Shown piece after piece: positions 24,143 to 35,725 of a DNA stretch of 64,000 nucleotides; the stretch's first letter is position 1; each line of letters starts with the position of its first letter. This DNA is from Felis catus (Eukaryota). The notes under the pieces are model-generated. The model worked only from the letters and a program-made list of their open reading frames with translations. It did not search any database and was not told the DNA's origin. The translations under genes were made by a program, and so were the position numbers. The stretch lies in NCBI RefSeq assembly GCF_018350175.1, contig NC_058368.1:93622001-93686000 (forward strand), given 5' to 3'.

Positions 24143-26307
24143 TGGGTCAAACAAACATTCCCTTGAACTTAGAATGTTCCATTGGATAATACTCCTCAAC
24201 AGCATGACTTAATGAAAAAGAAAAAGTAATGATGGCTTTGAAAGGTAAGAAAGCAATGCAGGCCAAGCAATGCAGTTATATATGTCGAACTGTATTTATG
24301 GGGCCAATCGTTCAGGATTATGTGAATATTGTCACTTTGCAGAATCCATTCTTTTCCCCGTATACCTTTATTTCAAAAACAAATGAGTATGAATCATGAC
24401 ACAGTTTTAAAATGAAGACTCCAAAAAAACGTCTTCAAATTGATTTAGAGCAAATCTTCCCCCAAAATCAGCTTTTGGTCACTATGATTTCTCATTTAAA
24501 CATCAAAGAGAAAATGAAGTATTTCAAAACCGAGTCGATTTCATGACAGGTTCAAAACCTCTGCGAGCTGCATCCTGTCCCATATTCTGGCTACAGACAA
24601 CTTCCCCACTGTTACCTGCTAGCCAGGTAGTGGACCACCTCCCACTATCCCGCTGGACTTCTATGCTTGAAAATGGGCTGACAGATGGTACTGCCACCTT
24701 AATGTTTCTTGTAGCACATTGTAACCAATCTGACGGCCAGGCGTTACCATTACCCTTTGAGTATTATGGACACTTTCGACCTGCAGAATCTTTTTCTCAA
24801 TGGCTGCCTGGGTAAAAAAACAGGAAGTAAGCAGTGAACTTTTTTTAAACAAACTGCTCCTACCTTTCCTCCTATTTACTAAATCTCAAAATGCTTAAAA
24901 TTCTCGGGGACTCACTAAAGCCTGTAAGAGAAAGGATTACATGTGGCTTTTAGAAGTAATGAGAAGGTCTGTAAATGGAGGCATGCAGACAGGAAGGTAA
25001 GGAAGACAGAAAAGGGATAACATTCCAGATGTTTATTTTCTCCAATAAGATATATGGTATCACCAGCATTCTATAAGAAAAGTAGCCAATTTTACTTTAA
25101 AGGTCAACTGGAATAAAAACACGTGTTTTTTAATAAGGTAGGTTGGCCTGTCTTTCATTCGGAGTCAGATACTTTGGAAAGCCTAAAAAAGCAGTTTATG
25201 TTATTTACCCACAAGTGGGTAAGACCTCAATGTTAAAACTCAAATACTTTGAAACATTAATAAAGGAAAGGCACCACAGGCATAAAACAAGCTAAGCCTA
25301 TATAATTAAGTCCAAAAAAAATTACCGATACCTTTAAGCAAATTTTTAAATACAAAAGGCACTGGCTGATTTAAGATCTTCACGGTAGCAACATGGCCGT
25401 GAATACAAGCTTTGTTCCACTAACCAAACTACACGTAAATGATTTTTAAGGTGATCCGCAAGAGTATGTCATTTTCTTCAAAAGTATCTTGTCACACGGA
25501 TTGACAAAACGGAAGCGCTAATCATCAGTGCTCCCTTTAAAAACACCAGACCTCGCGTGGAAATTTAGTCCTGTTGACCTTTAAGTCACTCAGCCCAAAT
25601 GTGTTCACGTTCTACAGAATTTTGAACACTTGACCACTGATGTTTAACAACTTTACGTATACACGGTTACTCAATTTAAATCTAACACTATACTGCCTGC
25701 GGCCACACAAGCAATAAAAGCATTTTCTACCTCTCCACCCCAAAGATCTCCGTTGTGATGCTGTGAACAATGAACAGAAAGCTGGATTTAGGATTTAATT
25801 TCAAAGAGAAGATTCACAACTTGTTAACAAAAGATAAAGCAGCAACTGTGTCCTGCACATAACACAATTCTTGAATTAACACTAAGAAAATGCGTTTCTC
25901 CTTGGCACACGTGGTATTTATGAAACCATCATTGTAAAAACATTCATCAGGCTGATCCTGGAGCCCAGAATTAAATCATTGTTGGTGCAACACTTAAGAG
26001 GCCTAAACTTTATCTTCTAGATTTGCGTTTTTAAGCAATCGTATTTCTGGTAACTGTTGAAAATACACAGCAATATCAAGCATCTTTTGTTTGATTTTTT
26101 TTTTAACCGATGTATTTTCAACACTGCATATAAACATTGTTAAAGCGGATTTTATCCTCCTGACAAAAGGAAATACAAAATGCAGGAAAAGCCTTGCATA
26201 CGTGTGACCCAAAGTGTAGAGTAAAATGGCTATTTTTACATCACTGGATGTGTTACTGTGTTATACACACAAACCTTACTCTCCTTTCAGGGCACCCTTT
26301 TAAAAAT

Positions 26308-26650
26308 CTGTCCAATCTCCAATGCAACAATATCCAAAAGGGATATGTGAGCCCAAAAGCATCAGCCACATGTGCCATTTTAAATGTTCCAGTGGCCAGA
26401 TTAAAAAGAAACAAGTGAAATTAATTTTAATCATACATGCTATTTATTTCACCCAATATATCCAAAATACTATCCCATCAAAATGCAAACAGAGATAAAA
26501 ATCATTAGAGACATTTTATATCTTTTTTCATTCTAAGTGTGTGACATTCAGAGTATATTTTATACTTGCAGCAATCTCAGTTCCAGCTGGCACATTTCAA
26601 GTGCTCAACAGCCACATGTGGCTTATGGCTACTATACAGGACAGGACTGG
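26308..26650. mobile_element. MER33-like hAT/Charlie MITE
   Basis: ctgtccaat...agccacatgtg...aagtgaaattaattttaat...cacatttcaagtgctcaacagccacatgtggc...ggacag. Confidence 0.7.
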
Positions 26651-27513
26651 TCTAATTAATCCCTTTGGCAAACCAAGAGCAAAACCAATTTTTAGAAATC
26701 TGCTCCTCCCACACCAATTGCTCAGAATAGGATTTCCTCCCCGAGTATGTCCAAATGATGAAAACCTTTTTAAAAATCTGCCAGAAGGGAAGGTGGGGGG
26801 GGGGGGGAGTGCATTACTTCCCTATAAATTTCTCTTTCAATCTCTCCGAAGAGAAATTAGAGCCAAAGGCCCCATAAATGGAGGGTAGCATTATATGTGT
26901 GATACAGTAACTTCTATTAATTTAAAACTGGTATCATGAAAAGGAGGACAATCCTAAAATCTGCATTCATCTGAGAAGTGACTACTATACTTGGAGCCTC
27001 CCCACCCTGAGTTCTTCATCTGTATTTGTTAATTTGCTCTGTACGCTCTTCTTGATGGAGGACTGTGTTCTCCATGTGTACATGAAGACTCTGTACAATG
27101 CTGGACTATATGCTTCTTAAAAAGGAGCGGTGGATCTATCTTGTTCATGCCTCTCCAGCAGTGGGCCATGTCTGGCAACCAGCAGGTAAATTAAGTATTT
27201 GTTGAGCGAATGAATGAAATGCAGAAGTTCTCTGTACTGGCTGCTCATGTACAACGGGCTCGACCCAGCACCCAAGGCAGAAATCCCCTCTACAGGGGGT
27301 CAAATGGTGGTCACACAACCAGTGTTTAAAATAAAGACTCCAGGGGTACCTGGGTGGCTCAGTCGGTTAAGCATCCGGCTTCGGCTGAGGTCATGATCTC
27401 ATGATTCATGAGTTTGAGCCCCACGTTGGGCTCTGTGCTGATGGCTCAGAGCCTGGAGTCTGCTTTGGATTCTGTTTCCCTCTCTCTCTGCCCCTCCCCC
27501 ACCCATGCGTGCT

Positions 27514-27544
<31 letters not shown>

Positions 27545-30160
27545 AATAATAAATAAACATTAAAAATAAAAAAATAAAAAAGACTCCAAATACTGATGGC
27601 CCAAACACTGGATGGGTCACAGTCAAAGATGTGTTTTGGCTGCCCTATCCTGTTGGGTTGGCGTGGTTTTTAAATGATTTGAATTAACTACCCACATGTA
27701 AAAGATCACATGTCAAACCCACCATCAGGCTCTTGTGCGGGGGGAGGGGGGATGTCTGGCACCCCCAAACCCACTAGTGCCAAGTGGCTACTGCCCCATT
27801 AGACAAGGCGTCCATTCTAGTCTAAGGTCCGGAACCATGCGCCACTGTCTCTAACAGGGGAGGCCTGGAAGACAGCTGGCTGCTGATACCTAGGCTGCTG
27901 GTTTTCCTATGGTAGCTGAGTTAACGGGAAAATGAAATCTCATCTATCTCCATATCAAGTAAGATGAAAGGCGTTTCTGTATTTATTATGCCGGGGGCCT
28001 GCCTCGCTAATGTGTTTACTGGGCCCTGCAGCATCTAAATCTGATCTCTTCCAGTGACAGGGATCTGACAATCTCATTTTGGGAAAGCCTGTGGAGTGTG
28101 TTTTCTTACGCACCCAGCTGAAATCTGCATTCCTCTTTCACCATTCACTGATCGGAACCTCTGTGTGAAGATCCCCAGCTTACTGTTCTCTTCCGCAAGA
28201 CCACCATCATATCCTGCGCTCTCCCCCTCTCCAAGTTAAATACTCTGACTTCCTGTAATTGCTCCTCCCAGAAGAGTTTTCTCGCTTCCCCCCCTTGGGA
28301 CATGATCCAAACTGTAAGTTCTTCCTAAAGAGGGAGGAACATGTCACTAAGTCTATTTCTCATCTGGACACCATCAAGTATGATGGAATGGATCTCTTGT
28401 TCTGGACAAAAACACCACTATTACAGAATAAAAGCCACTATGGCATGCTTTGTAGAAATCCCACAACATTCAACAACCACTCCACAAGTATTTATTAAAC
28501 ATCCACCAAGTACTGTCAGATGAGCTCTTAAAAACAGCCATATCTCATCTTGCTAGACACATACTTCATCTGTATTTCATTCATTCTCCATATGAATCAC
28601 ATATAAAAACCAACCAAGTACTAAGATTAAAAACCCGCAACAGATACAGGATTTCATAAAATATGTACATAAGCTCAATCTAATTACAGAAATATTAGTA
28701 CGTGACTAAAATTCCTCTGAATGTTAAGTACTAATATTTAATAAATACCTGCTATATATTAATATACAAAAAGTGAATCTCTCTTGGTCACTAATTAGCC
28801 AGGGAGGATCTACCAACAGAATATCTCCATTTTATCTGGTAGGGGATTTCAAGCTATTGAAATGTCTCTCCTCCCTCCTCCGTGTGACAGCTAGCTCCTA
28901 GCAGGGAGGGAAACATACAAGTGATGACTTCACAATAGGCAGGACTCTCTCTGACCTCATACTCCCTACATCCCCACCTACTTCATGCTCCTCTTTTTAT
29001 ATAGGCTTCTAATTTTGTTATGTGTGCAAAATAATCTTCCGAGGAATTCGTGATTGCCATTTAAAGTAAAATACATGTTTTCAAAACAGCCTAATACGAC
29101 TCTTAGAACAAATCCCCTCTTATCCAGTGTCTGATGGAGCACGAGGACACCAACATTGCTCTAAGAGATTCCCCATCCCGGTGTGGACCAAAAGGGACAG
29201 CATTTGCTAAATGCAAGTAAGGAGGAGGAGACTCTCTTCCGATATGTTTTTTTTAACACATAAGATTAAAAAATTATTCCTACACTGTAAGAGGGAGAAA
29301 TAAACACAGTGGCCTAAAGGATCAAAACTAAAACCTCGAAGTCCAACAGTCCGGTGCCCAGAGCCACTCAAGGACTCTCCTCCAAACAAAGGGCGAACCT
29401 AACGTGACACTGCGGTATTTCTACCCAAAGCTCTGCCTCCCCTTGGTCTTTCCTCACTGCCGATTTTGGCCCTGAAATTCTCAGTGGCCCTGTTCCCAAT
29501 GATTTCAAATTAGTTTTGATCTACCTTAATCCTGCAATGGATGTCCAGAAGAAAGCAACACCATCCCAAAGGGAAACAATTTACACTCTGGCTGCATAAT
29601 AAGGGCTCTGGCTGTATAGACAGATGTGCCACACATCTAGATCTACTTCTGTCATTACGACAGAGTTCCGCCACTATTTAGTTGATATTCAAAATTCTTC
29701 TTCTAAAACATGGATTAAAAATGGCTGAAGAAAACAGAATCCTCAGGTAGAACAAAACGATACCAAATAACGCATCTAAAAAGTCTTTTAGGAGTAGTCA
29801 CTGTGGAGTCTCATCCTTTAATCGGCATATTTATTTACATATTACCAGAGACAGATGTTTCCCTAGTAAGTACCTCTGTGGTCCATTACTCCATCCCTCG
29901 TATAAAGGACACCACAGGGTCAGAACATCCCCTAAATACAGTTAATAAGGGGTCTAACACAAAGCTGGTGTTCAATCCCCGACTTTTAGTGTGTACCAGG
30001 ACAGTGAGGAGTTCATTTTGACATTTTCAAAGAGGGAACGGTTCCTTTACAACTAATTTTAATTAATTCACCTGGAAAGATCAACCCTCAAAGTGGCAAC
30101 AGTAACTTCCCTTCCATAGACACAGTGGAAACTCCCAGACCCCAAGCTTCTGGCACGTAC

Positions 30161-30395
30161 CTGGTCTGCTAATTCTGTCAATTTTGTCCATGCTAGGAGA
30201 GGGGAGCCGGAGTCGAGGACTGCTCTGATTGGAATTGTCCGATCCCACATCGTTGAAGGAATCGTCGAGTGTCAGCAAGAGTTCTTTTACACACTTATGA
30301 CAGATACTGTGTTGACAAGGGAGAATCAACGGATGGGTAAAAAGCTCCTTGCATGCAGGGCAAATGAGCTCTCTTTCGATATTCTTAATGGTAAC
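30161..30395 (-). CDS. TRIM36: TRIM36 exon 2 (RING N-terminal part)
   Basis: Acceptor ttttcctcaactccag|, donor CAG|gtacgt; 235 nt; VTIKNIERELICPACKELFTHPLILPCQHSICHKC...DRISRP. Confidence 0.96.
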
Positions 30396-31110
30396 CTGGA
30401 GTTGAGGAAAAGAAATCAGAATCAAAGTAAGTGCCTGGACCCCATTAAACATGTGTGTTCACCCTTCCAAAAGAATTAAGAATTCAGGTGTTTAATCTGA
30501 AGTCCCTTTTTGGCAACGGAATTCCGTACCATCAACCCTCACCCCCCACCTCCTGGAACAGAAGGGACACTTGACATGGTTAAAACTGAAGTATGAGAAT
30601 AATCAGCACAAAATATGAGGGGCCCATAAAATTTCATCTGTTATGAAGTTACTCAAATCATCATGAATTCACTGATTTAGGACATCTGAGAAATCCTACA
30701 AGTAGATCACTACACTAAAAGGGAAGAACATGGCATACTGAGAATGAAACCATGTTCCTCCTGGGCACACTAACTCTGTGGCAAATAACAGGAGCCACCA
30801 AAAGCTGGGTTCGCCAGTATGTTCGTGGAAGCTTCCTTGAAATCTATTTACGAGCTGTACCATCAGCAATTTTCTACATTAAATGTGACCAATTTTCATA
30901 GGCTGCAACTATAATGTAGCTAAAATGCTTCATCGAAGTGGTTCTCTTAAAAGCACTTTATGAATATTGAAAGGGTGGGGAGGACTACAAAGCACCATTA
31001 TTTAAGTGCTCTCCATACTACAGGCGTGCATTATTTTCCACGAGAAACACGGAGTCTCAAAGGTTAGATGACCTCATACCAGTTTTCGCAACCTTTCATA
31101 TGGAGTTCCT

Positions 31111-31125
31111 GCGCGCGCGCGCGCG

Positions 31126-31176
<51 letters not shown>
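31111..31176. repeat. (GC)12(AC)21 compound microsatellite
   Basis: Read directly; uninterrupted purine-pyrimidine alternation. Confidence 0.95.
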
Positions 31177-31178
<2 letters not shown>

Positions 31179-32453
31179 CTCCCAAACTGCAGGTGCTATG
31201 AATCTATATTCAGCCTCCCTGCCATTTTACAGTCAAATCTGAAAGTACTCCTAGACCTCGTGCAATCATTTCAACTACTGGAAACACACAGAACGTCAAC
31301 ATCGAGTTAATTCATTTAGTTTAACTAAATAAAAACGCATTCCCCCTAAAGCGACACTGAGTGCTTTAACAGTCCGTGACAACAGCACCACATTGAGATG
31401 CCTTTATCACCGTGGATGGGTCTTTGAAGTGTTTCTTGCTGCATCATTCAATAAATATTTAATAAAAGCCCACATCATGTCACGATTTTTTCAAATTTGG
31501 AAGACAGCCACACTTCACGGCAAAGAAAATAGAATATTCACGTCCTATGTCATGTCACCAAGAACGTGACACCCAACTGAGAGTCCAAAATAGATTCAAA
31601 GGGGATTATTCTGAGTGTCCAAAATAGGCTCTCATTTGATGGGAGGTTTACCTCCCGCTGGAAGATCTAAAATCATTTCCATCTTCCTGGTCCATAAAGC
31701 GGTACGTAAGCTTTTTACCCACGAAAGATACAAGACAGTTCTTATCCAAAAGAAAAAATGAGTTTTCCGTTTTTACATCCACCGAGGGAAACACCCTGAT
31801 TAAGAGAAATGGGATGTGGCGGCTCCCACAATGAAGCTGTCTGAAAATCACTGGGGGTTCGACCGGAAACTAACAAGTTGGAAAGAACTGCCGATCCGAC
31901 CCTTTCAGACAAAAACACTTTGCACCCCGACAGCTGCCAGGGCAAGCCCGCCCCCCGCGCGCAAGCAGGCGAAGCCGGGGAGGAGCCTCTCCGCGCGCCG
32001 CGACCGCGAGCCGGGTGGGCCGCGCCCGCGGGGGTCCGGGCGCCGGCTCCGCGACGCTCCGGGACAAAGGACGGCCCGACACGGGCGGGGCATGAGCCCC
32101 GCGCCGCGACGGGCACCCGACTCCCGGAGGTGAATGAAGTCTACAGCCTGGACCCCATTAAAGAGCCCCTCCGGGATTGCCCGAGGTGCTCAGGTGGGCG
32201 ATCGCCGCACCCGAGCGGCGCCCCCTCGCGGGCCCAGGAGACCCGGGATCCGACCCTCCGAGGCGTAGAAAGGGGGCGCCCCGGATTGCGGAACCCGGGG
32301 CGCGGAAGGCGAAGAGGAAGCGGGGCCACCACACGCCCGCCCTCGCTCCTCGTGAGGCGAGGCTCCCTCTGGCTCAGGGCGGAGGAGAGAGACCCGGGGG
32401 TCCCGGCGAGCCGCCAGGGAAGCGTGAGGTGGCGGCCCCTGTCGCCCACTCAC

Positions 32454-32480
32454 CAGCGTTTCGGAACCATCCCCTTCCAT
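32454..32480 (-). CDS. TRIM36: TRIM36 alternative first coding exon 1b (MEGDGSETL; 716-aa isoform)
   Basis: ATG in strong context (actATGG), 9 codons, phase-0 donor CTG|gtgagt, inside a CpG island. Resembles the human alternative N-terminus MEGDGSDSP as I recall it. Confidence 0.85.
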
Positions 32481-32819
32481 AGTAGCCTTCTGCCAGGTGT
32501 CATCAACGGCAGGGTCCAAACAGGCAGGCGGCCCCGGCAGGGTCTGGTGGGCGGGTCCCTGCGGCGGCCGGGAAGCCTGGGTTCGGAGCCAGAGGGCGAG
32601 CTGGTCGGCCGGACCCGGCCAGCGGACCGACGCGGCGAGGAGCGGGGCGGGCGAAAGCACACGCGCGGAGAGCCGAGCTGCGCTCCCTGCGACGGCCCCG
32701 GAATCCCGCCCCGCGGCCGGCTGCGGCGGCGGCTCCTGCAGACTGCGGCTGGGCTGGCGGCGGCGCGGAGACCTGGGCGCGGACGCCGCCGAGGGGCGGG
32801 AACGGGGCGGGGCGGTGCC

Positions 32820-32833
32820 GTCGCCCGGGCAAC
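32820..32833. promoter_or_regulatory. RFX X-box motif
   Basis: GTCGCC-CG-GGCAAC fits GTNRCC(N0-3)RGYAAC. Confidence 0.6.
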
Positions 32834-35388
32834 AGCGCCCACCGCACAAAGGGGGCGGGGCCGCGGGCGGCGGCGGGGCGGGAGTGCGGCGCGCGCCGAG
32901 GTCCGGGCTCCCTCCGCCGTCGCCACCGCCTGGGCCCCGCCCCCTCGGCCGCTCGCCCCTTCCCGGGCGGCCGCCGCCTACGCGGCCAGACGCTGTAGGA
33001 AGCCTCGGAGGGGCGGAAGTGAGGGGGCTAGGGAGGCGGAGGGCGGGGCCGGGGCGGGGCCGGGGTGGAGCGGTCGGCAGAGTATCCGCGGACTGCAGCT
33101 CTGGCTGCCGGCCGGGCACCGCCCCTCTGCCCTTCATTTTGCTTTCCCTGCGCTTTGGTGGAGCGCGATGTGAGGCATCACCTACAAGCCCCGTTTCCCG
33201 ACTCTGGACGGCCGGCGGGGGCGAGGGCGCGTCCGGGCCGCCTTCCCGGTGCCATAGCACCGAGCGCCGCAGAACAGAGCGCCGGGGGAGACGACCGGAG
33301 CGAGACCCGCCCGTCCCACCCCTTCCCGGGCCGGGGGTTCCCCTAGCGGGTCCCCGTCCCCGCCCGGCTCTTCCTCCTTCTCTTCCGGCCCAATTCGTCG
33401 GGTGAACTTCACATCCCCTAACTGGTCACGAATCACTCATATTCTCCTTCTGCTTTGGCACCCCTGGGCGCGGCGCTGGCACGCACAACACGTTGTCGCC
33501 AAGTGGCGCGGGGTAGGGTTCCAGAGCCGGCGACACGGGAGCGCCCCTCCCCCGCCCCGGCAGCCGCCCTGCGGCTCCCCCTTGGGGACGCGGGGCGCCG
33601 CGGGTCCGGGGCGGCTCCGGCACCTGCGCACCCTCGCGGCGCCTCGCCTGCTCCGGGACCAGCAGCGCGGGTTTCACCTTCCACGGCTCCCCAGCGCGTT
33701 TCTTCTGTCTCGTTTCACGGCGAACCGAAAACGGGTTAACCTGGGGTGGTTGGAAGCCGTGTTACTGGATCACGCCACTGCCTTCCCAGCCGGCTATTTC
33801 CATCCTTACGTAGAGACAGGGAAAACGGGCGCCCTAAACAGTTGGGTGAAGGGACCTCGGAGCTGCAGCAGAGGAATCCCGTTTAGGTTTTGAAATGCTT
33901 CCCACGTATTTTCTATTTGGGAGAAGTCTCTCCGTGTGAAAAGTTCCGCCGTCTTCCCACGGCACGGTCAGCAGTGGTAGCCTCTTCTCCAACCCGGCGA
34001 TTAAATACTGGGGTGGCAGTGTAGACTTAAGAACAGCAAGGGGCTAGAGCAGTTGTCTTTAGTGGAAAACCCTCAGTTTACAGATGAGGAGGTGTAGAGA
34101 GGATGAACGCCTAGCCAAGCAATGCCTGGACTAGTCTGATCCGGATTAATGCCCTCTCTGTGGCCCCGCGTGCTTGAGTTGAGACTGCTTCGTTCCCCCA
34201 GGTTGTGAAGCGTCCTAATCAGGAGGGAAATGAGGAAAATAACAAATACCCGCGTAATTTGGTTACCTACATCATGTACCACACCACGTCCCCATATACT
34301 TTTTAAAGACTCAGCCATTAAAAAGCATAAATCAGTGTTTGTTTTTAATACTGTTCTTTGCGTTAAATTATTCTCCTCCGGCTGTAACCTCACATCAGCC
34401 CACTTGAATAGCACTTTGGTCCAAAACGAACTAGTTAACTGAGTAAAAGAGATGAGAAGACTTCATTAACATGAGCTAAAGATTAAACTTGTATAGACAA
34501 TATTTGGCCACAAATAAATTTGAAAGCTCTCCATTATGCAAATCAGACTTCAATGACATAGCATTTTCCACCTGATTCTCAAAGTTCAAATATAATCTTT
34601 AAAAAAAAAATTTTAATGTTTATTTTTATTTATTTATTTATTTATTTATTTATTGACAGAGAAAGAGCACGAGCAGGGGAGGGGCAGAGAGAGAGACGGA
34701 GACACAGAATCCTAAGCAGACTCCAGGCTCTGAGCTGTCAGCACAGAGCCGGTCGTGGGGCTTGAACCCAGGGTTGGGAGATCATGACCTGAACTGAAGT
34801 TGGGCTTAACCGACTGAGCCAACCAAGGTGCCCCAAAGTTCAAATATAATCTTAATACACTTGGCAAGAATGTGGGGAAGTAGGTACATTCAAGCTTTTT
34901 GTGTGTGACGCTGTGGACTGGTACAGCTTATTGGAAGGGAAATTTTGCACATCCTATCAAAAATGTCAAATGCGTATACCTTTGACTAAGCAATTCCACC
35001 TTTAAGAATTGTCCTACTGGGGGCTCAGTCGGTTGAGCATCCATCTCTTGGGCTCTTGATTTCGGCTCAGGTTATGGTTTCAGGCTTGATGGCATCGAGC
35101 CAGAGTCAGATTCTGCTTGGGATTCTCTCCTCTCTTTCTGCCCCTCACCTGCTTGTGCACGCTGTCTCTTTCAAAATAAATAAACTTAAAAAAAAAATTC
35201 CTACTGAAAGACTTGCATGTGTGCACAAAAACATGTACAAAGTCCTTGTTCGGACCTTATTTAAAGAAATATCTATATTATCTATCATCCATGATGTACA
35301 ACCATACCATAGAATACTGCGCAGCAGCTGAAATGAACGTACTGATGAGGAAGGATTTCTAAAAATTGTATTTCAAAAGTAAAAAGCA

Positions 35389-35725
35389 GGGGTGCCTGGG
35401 TGCCTCAGTTGCTGGCTCAGTCGAAGTCGTCTGACTTCTGCTCAGATCATGATCTCACAGTTCGTGGGTTCAAATCCAGCTTCAAGCTCTGTGCTGACAG
35501 CTCAGAGCCTGGAGCCTGCTTCGGATTCTGTGTTTCCTTCGCTCTCTCTGCCCCTCCCTGGCTCATTCTCTCTCCCCCCCACCCCCTCTCTCTCTGAATC
35601 CAAAGCAGGCTCCAGGCTCTGAGCTGTCAGTACAGAGCCCGACCTGGGGCTCAAACCCACGAGCTATGAGATCATGACCTGAGCCGAAGTCAGACACCCA
35701 ACCGACTGAGCCACCCAGGCGCCCC
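35389..35725. mobile_element. Fused inverted pair of Can-SINEs, both tails missing
   Basis: Forward copy 35389-35595 joined directly to reverse copy 35596-35725. Confidence 0.85.

Larger units (their letters stand above)
31850..33970. promoter_or_regulatory. CpG island / internal promoter for exon 1b
   Basis: Very GC- and CpG-rich; GC boxes (GGGGCGGGGC near 32804, 32852 and 33050), ETS-type GCGGAAGTG at 33013-33021, X-box at 32820-32833. Confidence 0.9.

Noticed and set aside
31742..33893. Long overlapping ORFs of up to 431 aa on both strands
   Set aside because: Arg/Gly/Pro/Ala-rich products expected where a GC-rich CpG island lacks stop codons; no recognisable domain. Only the 9 codons of exon 1b are supported.
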